A stretch of 64,000 nucleotides of DNA, taken from the NCBI RefSeq assembly GCF_036588685.1, contig NC_086377.1, forward strand, positions 28,458,001-28,522,000, given 5' to 3'. Source of the stretch: Mytilus trossulus (taxonomy: Eukaryota). The notes under the pieces are model-generated. The model worked only from the letters and a program-made list of their open reading frames with translations. It ran no database searches and was not told where the DNA came from. Positions 38,549 through 50,979 of this stretch are shown piece after piece (positions within the stretch are counted from its first letter, which is position 1; each line of letters opens with the position of its first letter). A program made the position numbers and the translations under genes.

Positions 38549-40100
38549 AGTGTTTAGTAAACTTTTTAATTTACAGATTAACATGTGAACACATACCGGT
38601 GTTAAAATCTCGTGATTGGGACGTGTATATATAGTCAATAATGTATACATCTTATTAATATACAGAAAAATGGAAATACTCACAGGCGATATATCATACG
38701 GTTTTGATGTATACTGTAAAGGATTCGACCATCGCAGTTATGTGTATGTACATGAGAACGCATATCAATGCTAGTGGAAAAAGTTTCAGTTATCTTAGAA
38801 ATGTACAGAGACACATGAGAACACATACAGTCGCTCAATTTCATTACTGTGATGCTAGTGGTAAAATGTTAAGTTATCTTAGAAATGTACAGAGACACAT
38901 GAGAACACATACAGTCGATAAATCTCATTACTGTGATGCTGGAAGTAAAGATTTTAGTTATTTAAAAATGTGCAGAGACACCTACAGGAGATATATCTCA
39001 TTATTGTGATGTTGGTGGCTACAGTTTTTTAGTTGTCCTAGAAATAAACAGGGACACACGAGAACACATACTGGTGATATTTCTCATTACTGTGATGTTG
39101 ATGGAAAAAGGGTTTTTAGTTATCTTATAAATGTACAGAGACACATGAGAACACATACAGGAGATATATCTCATTTCTCTGATGTTGATGGGAAAAGTTT
39201 TTCAGTTATATTAGAAATGTGCAGAGATACACGAGAACACATACAGTCGATAAATTTCATTACTGTGATGTTGATGGTAAAAGTTTAGATATTTTAGAAA
39301 TGTAAAGAGACACATAAGAACACATACAGTGGGTCAATCTCATTACTGTGATGTTGATGGTAAAAGTTTAGATATTTTAGAAATGTACAGAGACACATAA
39401 GAACACATACAGTCGACAAATTTCATTACTGTGATGTTGATAGTAAAAAATATAGTTATATTAGGAATGTGCAGAGACAAATGAGAACACATGCAGGAGA
39501 TACTGTGATGTTGATGGTAAAAGTTTAGTTATATTAGAAATGTGCAGAGACACACGAGAACACATACAGGAGATACATCTCATTACTGTGATGTTGATGG
39601 TAAAAGTTTAGTTATATTAGAAATGTGCAGAGACACATGAGAACACATATAGGAGATAAATCTCATTACTGTGATGGTGGTGTTGAAAGTTTTAGTTATA
39701 TTAAAAATGTGCAGAGACACACGAGAACAAATACAGGATATACATCTCATCGGGGGGATGTTGGTGGTCCAAGTTTTTTAGTTATCTTATAAATGTACAG
39801 AGACAAAGGAGAACACATATAGGAGATAAATCTCATTACTGTGATGTTGGTGGTGAAAGTTTTAGCTATGTTAAAAATGGACAGCAACAGAGACACATGA
39901 GAACACATGCAGTCGATATATTTTTTTAAATCTCATTAATGTTATGTTGGCGGTAAAAGTTTTAGCTATGTTAAAAATGGACAGCAACAGAACATGAGAA
40001 CACATGCAGTCGATATTTTTTTTTAAAATCTCATTAATGTTATGATGGCGGTAAAAGTTTTTTTTGTTATATTAAAAATGTGCAGAGGCACATGAGTACA
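38549..40100 (+). repeat. ~84-bp minisatellite derived from degenerate zinc-finger units
   Basis: Repeating gagaacacatac..tctcattactgtgatgttgatggtaaaag..ttagttat..tagaaatgt.cagagacac; second Cys lost; many indels. Confidence 0.88.
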
Positions 40101-40292
40101 AATATATAAGACCTCGTTTTTATAGTTCTGCGACTGCTTGAAAAAAACAATGTATTTTTTTGTAATATGATATGCTCACTTACTTTGAGCAATAGTATAA
40201 TGATATTTTGTACATGGGTTCCTTGCAAACCAACTTTACATGTTAGTATGTGTTGACCTTACCTCGAACTTATTTCTTGGATTAGTGATCAA

Positions 40293-40802
40293 TTAAGAAA
40301 TAATTCTTTCATGCCATGCTCTATGCTCATTTTAACATGGGTAGGCATTATATTTGTTAATATCTTAATACCGAGCGTTAGCGAGGTATTAAATGTTTAC
40401 AAATATAATGCCTACACATGTTAAAATGAGCATAGAGCATGGCATGATAGAATTATTTTCGATTCTAATAGGAATATTTTGAACTTTTGTACTTCGAAGC
40501 GGACCTATAGTAGACACTCGATATGTCGCCATTTTGATTTGATGAACAAAAACGTTATAGAAAAATCAACAGTTTATCAATAATAAAAAGAAGAGAAACA
40601 TTTAAACTTACTTTTATAATGTTCTTATTTAATTTCCTAGTAAGCAACACCAACAAAAATGGCCATTTTGATATCTGGCGTTGTTCAAAATTCATCTGAC
40701 GTTACAATTTCAATTGTGACGTCAATCACGTGCAGCCTATGTTCTATTCGAATTAGAACATGGTTTTGTATCTAAAGCTAAAGAAGAACGTCATATTAGA
40801 AT
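40293..40802 (+). mobile_element. Hairpin-headed non-autonomous element (same architecture as 57874-58500, different stem)
   Basis: ttaagaaataattc-stem-ccgagcgttagcgagg-stem-gaattattttc gattctaatagg ... gaagaacgtcatattagaat. Confidence 0.7.
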
Positions 40803-40971
40803 GTTTAGTTAACACGATTATGTTCGTTTTTTTTCGATCCTGTAAGCAGTTGGTTAACTATTTGAGGTGTATTGATAAACTTGTACATTTAAGTTTTGCA
40901 GGTTTCAACTGTCCTTGGCATGTATATAGCCTTCTATGCGACATTGATATTGCACATTTTTTTAAAGTCGT

Positions 40972-41150
40972 TTCGCCGTTTCAGAATCTAAAGCATCCTG
41001 GGTAATATTTTCAAAAGCGTACACCAAAGCATTTTGATTGGTTTAAAACGTTATAAACAATAGAAATTCAACCAATAAGGTAACGTTATTTTCACTTTGG
41101 GGTACGAACAATGCAATTACCCATGATGCTTTAGATTCTGAAACGGCCAA
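40972..41150. mobile_element. MITE with ~35-bp TIRs
   Basis: gccgtttcagaatctaaagcatcctgggtaat ... attacccatgatgctttagattctgaaacggc. Confidence 0.8.
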
Positions 41151-41254
41151 ATTGACCTGTAGTAATGTTGGTCTATGGTGGAGATTTGTATCATATATAA
41201 CCGTATCTCATCTTCTTATTAAAATGATGGGCGTTTACAGAGATACTATAAAAA

Positions 41255-41830
41255 CATGACACAAATTACACTGAACGTACAGAAATGTCCTGAGAATACA
41301 CGTGTCACTGAACGTTACGTATAGTCCTAAATAAACATGAAACCAATTGATTTAACGTGTACACGTGAACGTAAAGTATAGCCCTGCTAACTAGACATAA
41401 AAAATGTGCCACTGAATGTACAGAATTGTCTAGAACATGCATGAAACATATACCACTGATTGAGTATAGTGCTTAACAAACCAGAAACGTACTGGTGAAC
41501 TAAAAGTATAGTCCTGTACAGACTAAAAAGCAATGCCACTCAACGTTAAGTATGGTTAACATTATTGAAAATTGTGCCCTTGGAGTTTTGCCTCATTGGT
41601 ACTTATACCACATAGTCTTGTATATTTGAAATATGCGCCACTGAAAATAAAATATAGTCCTAACAAAAAACAAGTAACGTGTGCCACTGAAATAAAGTAT
41701 CGTCCTAAACTAAACAGACATATGTGAATGTAACTGAATGTAAAGTATAGCCCTGAAAATACATGAAACATGTGCATGTTACTGAACTTAAAGTATAGCC
41801 CTGAAATTACACATAACATGTGCATGTTGC
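41255..41830 (+). repeat. Diverged ~46-bp satellite-related units; inverted paralogue of 55130-55680
   Basis: Contains catgaaacatgtg, gccactgaa and taaagtatagccctg motifs; 41560-41730 aligns with the reverse complement of 55310-55475. Confidence 0.75.
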
Positions 41831-41889
41831 ATGGATTAAGGTTGTGAAGTCGTTGATACAAATCAGAATTAAGAAACCGAATTGGTCTA

Positions 41890-44800
41890 GTAATGCCCAT
41901 GCTACGTCAATCTGTAAAGACCCAAAATGTTGCAGAATACTTGTCCTACCTTAATGACAAATATGGTGTTGTACCTGCAGATAAAGCCCCAAACAACTTC
42001 GTTTGTGTGTGTTAGCTCACTGCATTAATTGCTTGGTACACGAATTAGGTATTGACAATCCATGTTCCTTTGACATTTTAACTAAAGATGAAGAACTGTA
42101 TCTTCCATCACTGTATTGGATAAATAAACTACATAGGTGTCCTTACAAACAACTTTATATTGTTTGGTATTCCAAGTGCTCCGCGAAACGTCTTTCTAAT
42201 TATAAACATCTATTGTATCAGCAATCATAGCCAGGCTTCAAAGTTATTGTGACACTCCCATCGAAATAGAGATAAAGGATACACCAGATATAGTTAAGTC
42301 GGCCTTATATCTTGACTTACATGAACATTTAAAAATTGACAATGAGAGTCGGTTGAAAACAAACCTTTACCACAAAAAAGATGGAATTTGGAATTTAAAG
42401 AATCACATTAGAACACACACAGGTGATACATCTTATAACTGTGACGAATGTGGTAGGGACTTTACTCGGATGAATAGTTTAAAGAGTCATATGAAAACAC
42501 ATTCGGACTCTAAAACTCATGTTTGTGATGAATGTGGTAAAGAGTTTAGTCGTCTTGGTAGTTTACAGATTCACATGAGAACACATACCGGTGAACAACC
42601 TCATGAATGTGAGGTATGCGGTAAAGGGTTTAGTCGTACTGATTATTTACAGAGGCACATAAGAACACATACAGGCGAACAACCTCATGAATGTGATTTA
42701 TGTGGTAAAGGTTTTAGTGAGCGTCGTTATTTTCAGAGTCACATGAAGCAATCATAGCCAGGGTTCAAAGTTATTGTGACACTGCCTATGTTAGAGGTGG
42801 CGTGAATCAGATGTCGATACTTAAAAAATTTCAAAGATCTTTAAGAGTACATACAATCTTACTATCTTTCATCTTGTAATAGTATTAAAACATTTGACTT
42901 TTATACACTTTGCACATATATTCTGCATTCCAAACTTAAAGACAAATTGAAAGAGTTGGTATTGCTTTGGCTAACGTAGATACAAGTATCTTGTCTTAGG
43001 GAGGGACAAATCCTAGTTGGTAAAGGATCACTCTGATTTAAACAAAAAATCTTTGAATATGACATTATCAAGATGCTTGATTTCTTGATTGACAACATAC
43101 ATGTACGTGTTACGTTTAGAGGACGTATTTCGGCATTCCAATGTGAAGCAATTGTGCCCCTCTGTTTGCCGACTTGTTTCTTTATTACTATGAGGCTGAC
43201 TTCTTACAGGAACTTCTTAGGAAGAAAGATAAGAAGTTAGCAATATCCTTTATTTTAACTTTCCGCTATATAGATGATGTTCTCTTACTAAATAATTAAA
43301 ACATTGGTGACTATGTTGAACGCATCTATCCCATCGAAATAGAGATAAAGGATACACCAGATATAGTTAAGTCGGCCTTATATCTTGACTTACATGAACA
43401 TTTAAAAATTGACAATGAGAGTCGGTTGAAAACAAACCTTTACCACAAAAAAGATGGAATTTGGAATTTAAAGAATCACATTAGAACACACACAGGTGAT
43501 ACATCTTATAACTGTGACGAATGTGGTAGGGACTTTACTCGGATGAATAGTTTAAAGAGTCATATGAAAACACATTCGGACTCTAAAACTCATGTTTGTG
43601 ATGAATGTGGTAAAGAGTTTAGTCGTCTTGGTAGTTTACAGATTCACATGAGAACACATACCGGTGAACAACCTCATGAATGTGAGGTATGCGGTAAAGG
43701 GTTTAGTCGTACTGATTATTTACAGAGGCACATAAGAACACATACAGGCGAACAACCTCATGAATGTGATTTATGTGGTAAAGGTTTTAGTGAGCGTCGT
43801 TATTTTCAGAGTCACATGAAGCAATCATAGCCAGGGTTCAAAGTTATTGTGACACTGCCTATGTTAGAGGTGGCGTGAATCAGATGTCGATACTTAAAAA
43901 ATTTCAAAGATCTTTAAGAGTACATACAATCTTACTATCTTTCATCTTGTAATAGTATTAAAACATTTGACTTTTATACACTTTGCACATATATTCTGCA
44001 TTCCAAACTTAAAGACAAATTGAAAGAGTTGGTATTGCTTTGGCTAACGTAGATACAAGTATCTTGTCTTAGGGAGGGACAAATCCTAGTTGGTAAAGGA
44101 TCACTCTGATTTAAACAAAAAATCTTTGAATATGACATTATCAAGATGCTTGATTTCTTGATTGACAACATACATGTACGTGTTACGTTTAGAGGACGTA
44201 TTTCGGCATTCCAATGTGAAGCAATTGTGCCCCTCTGTTTGCCGACTTGTTTCTTTATTACTATGAGGCTGACTTCTTACAGGAACTTCTTAGGAAGAAA
44301 GATAAGAAGTTAGCAATATCCTTTATTTTAACTTTCCGCTATATAGATGATGTTCTCTTACTAAATAATTAAAACATTGGTGACTATGTTGAACGCATCT
44401 ATCCCATCGAAATAGAGATAAAGGATACACCAGATATAGTTAAGTCGGCCTTATATCTTGACTTACATGAACATTTAAAAATTGACAATGAGAGTCGGTT
44501 GAAAACAAACCTTTACCACAAAAAAGATGGAATTTGGAATTTAAAGAATCACATTAGAACACACACAGGTGATACATCTTATAACTGTGACGAATGTGGT
44601 AGGGACTTTACTCGGATGAATAGTTTAAAGAGTCATATGAAAACACATTCGGACTCTAAAACTCATGTTTGTGATGAATGTGGTAAAGAGTTTAGTCGTC
44701 TTGGTAGTTTACAGATTCACATGAGAACACATACCGGTGAACAACCTCATGAATGTGAGGTATGCGGTAAAGGGTTTAGTCGTACTGATTATTTACAGAG

Positions 44801-47800
44801 GCACATAAGAACACATACAGGCGAACAACCTCATGAATGTGATTTATGTGGTAAAGGTTTTAGTGAGCGTCGTTATTTTCAGAGTCACATGAAGCAATCA
44901 TAGCCAGGGTTCAAAGTTATTGTGACACTGCCTATGTTAGAGGTGGCGTGAATCAGATGTCGATACTAAAAAAAATCCAAAGATCTTTAAGAGTACATAC
45001 AATCTTACTATCTTTCATCTTGTAATAGTATTAAAACATTTGACTTTTATACACTTTGCACATATATTCTGCATTCCAAACTTCAAGACAAATTGAAAGA
45101 GTTGGTATTGCTTTGGCTAACGTAGATACAAGTATCTTGTCTTAGGGAGGGACAAATCCTAGTTGGTAAAGGATCACTCTGATTTAAACAAAAAATCTTT
45201 GAATATGACATTATCAAGATGCTTGATTTCTTGATTGACAACATACATGTACGTGTTACGTTTAGAGGACGTATTTCGGCATTCCAATGTGAAGCAATTG
45301 TGCCCCTCTGTTTGCCGACTTGTTTCTTTATTACTATGAGGCTGACTTCTTACAGGAACTTCTTAGGAAGAAAGATAAGAAGTTAGCAATATCCTTTATT
45401 TTAACTTTCCGCTATATAGATGATGTTCTCTTACTAAATAATTAAAACATTGGTGACTATGTTGAACGCATCTATCCCATCGAAATAGAGATAAAGGATA
45501 CACCAGATATAGTTAAGTCGGCCTTATATCTTGACTTACATGAACATTTAAAAATTGACAATGAGAGTCGGTTGAAAACAAACCTTTACCACAAAAAAGA
45601 TGGAATTTGGAATTTAAAGAATCACATTAGAACACACACAGGTGATACATCTTATAACTGTGACGAATGTGGTAGGGACTTTACTCGGATGAATAGTTTA
45701 AAGAGTCATATGAAAACACATTCGGACTCTAAAACTCATGTTTGTGATGAATGTGGTAAAGAGTTTAGTCGTCTTGGTAGTTTACAGATTCACATGAGAA
45801 CACATACCGGTGAACAACCTCATGAATGTGAGGTATGCGGTAAAGGGTTTAGTCGTACTGATTATTTACAGAGGCACATAAGAACACATACAGGCGAACA
45901 ACCTCATGAATGTGATTTATGTGGTAAAGGTTTTAGTGAGCGGCGTTATTTTCAGAGTCACATGAAGCAATCATAGCCAGGGTTCAAAGTTATTGTGACA
46001 CTGCCTATGTTAGAGGTGGCGTGAATCAGATGTCGATACTAAAAAAAATCCAAAGATCTTTAAGAGTACATACAATCTTACTATCTTTCATCTTGTAATA
46101 GTATTAAAACATTTGACTTTTATACACTTTGCACATATATTCTGCATTCGAAACTTAAAGACAAATTGAAAGAGTTGGTATTGCTTTGGCTAACGTAGAT
46201 ACAAGTATCTTGTCTTAGGGAGGGACAAATCCTAGTTGGTAAAGGATCACTCTGATTTAAACAAAAAATCTTTGAATATGACATTATCAAGATGCTTGGT
46301 TTCTTGATTGACAACATACATGTACGTGTTACGTTTAGAGGACGTATTTCGGCATTCCAATGTGAAGCAATTGTGCCCCTCTGTTTGCCGACTTGTTTCT
46401 TTATTACTATGAGGCTGACTTCTTACAGGAACTTCTTAGGAAGAAAGATAAGAAGTTAGCAATATCCTTTATTTTAACTTTCCGCTATATAGATGATGTT
46501 CTCTTACTAAATAATTAAAACATTGGTGACTATGTTGAACGCATCTATCCCATCGAAATAGAGATAAAGGATACACCAGATATAGTTAAGTCGGCCTTAT
46601 ATCTTGACTTACATGAACATTTAAAAATTGACAATGAGAGTCGGTTGAAAACAAACCTTTACCACAAAAAAGATGGAATTTGGAATTTAAAGAATCACAT
46701 TAGAACACACACAGGTGATACATCTTATAACTGTGACGAATGTGGTAGGGACTTTACTCGGATGAATAGTTTAAAGAGTCATATGAAAACACATTCGGAC
46801 TCTAAAACTCATGTTTGTGATGAATGTGGTAAAGAGTTTAGTCGTCTTGGTAGTTTACAGATTCACATGAGAACACATACCGGTGAACAACCTCATGAAT
46901 GTGAGGTATGCGGTAAAGGGTTTAGTCGTACTGATTATTTACAGAGGCACATAAGAACACATACAGGCGAACAACCTCATGAATGTGATTTATGTGGTAA
47001 AGGTTTTAGTGAGCGTCGTTATTTTCAGAGTCACATGAAGCAATCATAGCCAGGGTTCAAAGTTATTGTGACACTGCCTATGTTAGAGGTGGCGTGAATC
47101 AGATGTCGATACTAAAAAAAATCCAAAGATCTTTAAGAGTACATACAATCTTACTATCTTTCATCTTGTAATAGTATTAAAACATTTGACTTTTATACAC
47201 TTTGCACATATATTCCACATTCCAAACTTAAAGACAAATTGAAAGAGTTGGTATATTGCTTTGGCTAACGTAGATACAAGTATCTTGTCTTAGGGAGGGA
47301 CAAATCCTAGTTGGTAAAGGATCACTCTGATTTAAACAAAAAATCTTTGAATATGACATTATCGAGATGCTTGATTTCTTGATTGACAACATACATGTAC
47401 GTGTTACGTTTATAGGACGTATTTCGGCATTCCAATATGAAGCAGTTGTGTCCCTCTGTTTGCCGACTTGTTTCTTTATTACTATGAGGCTGACTTCTTA
47501 CAGGAACTTCTTAGAAAGAAAGATAAGAAGTTAGCAATATCCTTTATTTTAACTTTCCGCTATATAGATGATGTTCTCTTACTAAATAATTAAAACATTG
47601 GTGACTATGTTGAACGCATCTATCCTATCGAAATAGAGATAAAGGATACACCAGATATAGTTAAGTCGGCCTTATATCTTGACTTACATGAACATTTAAA
47701 AATTGACAATGAGAGTCGGTTGAAAACAAACCTTTACCACAAAAAAGATGGAATTTGGAATTTAAAGAATCACATTAGAACACACACAGGTGATACATCT

Positions 47801-49960
47801 TATAACTGTGACGAATGTGGTAGGGACTTTACTCGGATGAATAGTTTAAAGAGTCATATGAAAACACATTCGGACTCTAAAACTCATGTTTGTGATGAAT
47901 GTGGTAAAGAGTTTAGTCGTCTTGGTAGTTTACAGATTCACATGAGAACACATACCGGTGAACAACCTCATGAATGTGAGGTATGCGGTAAAGGGTTTAG
48001 TCGTACTGATTATTTACAGAGGCACATAAGAACACATACAGGCGAACAACCTCATGAATGTGATTTATGTGGTAAAGGTTTTAGTGAGCGTCGTTATTTT
48101 CAGAGTCACATGAAGCAATCATAGCCAGGGTTCAAAGTTATTGTGACACTGCCTATGTTAGAGGTGGCGTGAATCAGATGTCGATACTAAAAAAAATCCA
48201 AAGATCTTTAAGAGTACATACAATCTTACTATCTTTCATCTTGTAATAGTATTAAAACATTTGACTTTTATACACTTTGCACATATATTCCACATTCCAA
48301 ACTTAAAGACAAATTGAAAGAGTTGGTATATTGCTTTGGCTAACGTAGATACAAGTATCTTGTCTTAGGGAGGGACAAATCCTAGTTGGTAAAGGATCAC
48401 TCTGATTTAAACAAAAAAATCTTTGAATATGACATTATCAAGATGCTTCATTTCTTGATTGACAACATACATGTACGTGTTACGTTTAGAGGACGTATTT
48501 CGGCATTCCAATGTGAAGCAATTGTGCCCCTCTGTTTGCCGACTTGTTTCTTTATTACTATGAGGCTGACTTCTTACAGGAACTTCTTAGGAAGAAAGAT
48601 AAGAAGTTAGCAATATCCTTTATTTTAACTTTCCGCTATATAGATGATGTTCTCTTACTAAATAATTAAAACATTGGTGACTATGTTGAACGCATCTATC
48701 CCATCGAAATAGAGATAAAGGATACACCAGATATAGTTAAGTCGGCCTTATATCTTGCCTTACATGAACATTTAAAAATTGACAATGAGAGTCGGTTGAA
48801 AACAAACCTTTACCACAAAAAAGATGGAATTTGGAATTTAAAGAATCACATAAGAACACACACAGGTGATACATCTTATAACTGTGACGAATGTGGTAGG
48901 GACTTTACTCGGATGAATAGTTTAAAGAGTCATATGAAAACACATTCGGACTCTAAAACTCATGTTTGTGATGAATGTGGTAAAGAGTTTAGTCGTCTTG
49001 GTAGTTTACAGATTCACATGAGAACACATACCGGTGAACAACCTCATGAATGTGAGGTATGCGGTAAAGGGTTTAGTCGTACTGATTATTTACAGAGGCA
49101 CATAAGAACACATACAGGCGAACAACCTCATGAATGTGATTTATGTGGTAAAGGTTTTAGTGAGCGTCGTTATTTTCAGAGTCACATGAAGCAATCATAG
49201 CCAGGGTTCAAAGTTATTGTGACACTGCCTATGTTAGAGGTGGCGTGAATCAGATGTCGATACTAACAAAATCCAAAGATCTTTAAGAGTACATACAATC
49301 TTACTATCTTTCATCTTGTAATAGTATTAAAACATTTGACTTTTATACACTTTGCACATATATTCCACATTCCAAACTTAAAGACAAATTGAAAGAGTTG
49401 GTACATGTATATTGCTTTGGCTAACGTAGATACAAGTATCTTGTCTTAGGGAGGGACATATCCTAGTTGGTAAAGGATCACTCTGATTTAAACAAAAAAA
49501 TCTTTGAATATGACATTATCAAGATGCTTGATTTCTTGATTGACAACATACATGTACGTATTACGTTTAGAGGACGTATTTCGGCATTCCAATGTGAAGC
49601 AATTGTGCCCCTCTGTTTGCCGACTTGTTTCTTTATTACTATGAGGCTGACTTCTTACAGGAACTTCTTAGGAAGAAAGATAAGAAGTTAGCAATATCCT
49701 TTATTTTAACTTTCCGCTATATAGATGATGTTCTCTTACTAAATAATTAAAACATTGGTGACTATGTTGAACGCATCTATCCCATCGAAATAGAGATAAA
49801 GGATACACCAGATATAGTTAAGTCGGCCTTATATCTTGACTTACATGTACATTTAAAAATTGACAATGAGAGTCGGTTGAAAACAAACCTTTACCACAAA
49901 AAAGATGGTTTCAGCTATCCAATTGTGAACTTTCAGTTTTAAGTAGCAACATTCAAGCAG
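41890..49960 (+). mobile_element. Decayed Penelope-like retroelement interrupted by a chimeric RT/zinc-finger tandem array
   Basis: 5' part encodes VVVPADKAPNN and LPSLYWINKLHRCPYK; repeated core encodes SIKTFDFYTL, GIPM*SNCAPLFADLFLYYYEADF, FRYIDDV and YLDLH..LYHKKD; the last copy continues natively into DGFSYPIVNF..SSNI. Confidence 0.85.
42257..49908 (+). repeat. Tandem array: 7 x (~362-bp C2H2 zinc-finger block + ~711-bp Penelope RT block); period 1073 bp, rising to ~1075-1081 bp on the right
   Basis: Identical 134-aa ORFs at 42353, 43426, 44499, 45572, 46645, 47720 and 48796; first ZF block 42385-42746, first RT block 42747-43457. Confidence 0.97.
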
Positions 49961-50979
49961 AAGAGATATATACCCCGTATACAGGGTATTTTTTGCTAAA
50001 AATATCAGTACATTAGAAGGGTAATTTTCACTCTCTCACACACATCTCTGGTACCCAGACCGGAGTTTAAACTAGAATGGGTACGTTGGGGGCTTCGGTT
50101 GGTCAAAGTGTCCCTACTTTGACCTGGAGATCAATCTTCTGATATCTCTCTGGTTTGTCTGTTTCCACCTAGTGGCCCAGTGGTTCTCTCTGAGTACTTC
50201 AGCTTCCTCCACCACAATAACAGACTTTCCGGTGTCCTAGCACTCCCTTTGTGTTGGGTGGGGATTGATTGTCCTTGTAAAATAATTGTAGTATACATAT
50301 ACACATCTCCATTAATCCCGTTAGAGAGTGTACATGGATGCCACTGTACCCTCGCAGCTTTCGAGGGGTTCTTCGGATATCGGAGGCATATCAGTACATA
50401 CATACATATAAAGGTAACAAACGTAAATGCATTTTAATATAGGATGTCATTAAAAAGGAGGGTCATTCTTATATAAAATCTCGCAAAATTATGATCCATA
50501 TTTTGGGCACATCCCCGTATACCCAAAATAGGAAGTTGACCCCCCGTGCAACTACTTTACTTAAGAATTTTGACTTAGGACATGTGCAAACAATTACAGT
50601 GGGTTTAAGCGTTTCAATGGTACAAAACCTTAACCCTTATCTATACAATACTGTAACATGGGAAGACACTCTGTGCTCTTTGTTAGTCTTGTATGGTTTT
50701 TAATTTGAGTTTCTTGTATATAATCCGGAGTTAAGTATGACGTCCATCATCACTGAACTAGTACACATATTTCTTTAGGGGCAAGATAAAGGACACCTCC
50801 GGATGGGGGAGTTTCTCTCGTTTCATTGAAGACACATTGGTGGCGTTCGACTGCTGTCTGCTGTATGGTCGGGCTGTTGTCTTTTTGACCATTTCCATTC
50901 TCAGTTTTATACACTGAACGAAAACATTTGATCTATAGATGATACAATGGCAATAAAAAAAAATCCTTTACAAACACAA

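Noticed and set aside
43141-43147. In-frame TGA in the Penelope RT as possible selenocysteine recoding
   Set aside because: It replaces the conserved Gly of GIPMG (GGA>TGA), not a Cys, and the RT has other stops and deletions
42353-49200. Seven 134-aa ORFs as seven independent ZF genes
   Set aside because: They start at a TTG inside RT-derived sequence and both terminal fingers are cut; treated as parts of a chimeric repeat
50175-50220. Possible SINE conserved-domain fragment (ggttctctctgagtacttcagcttcctccacca)
   Set aside because: Too short and diverged, and no A/B boxes could be located
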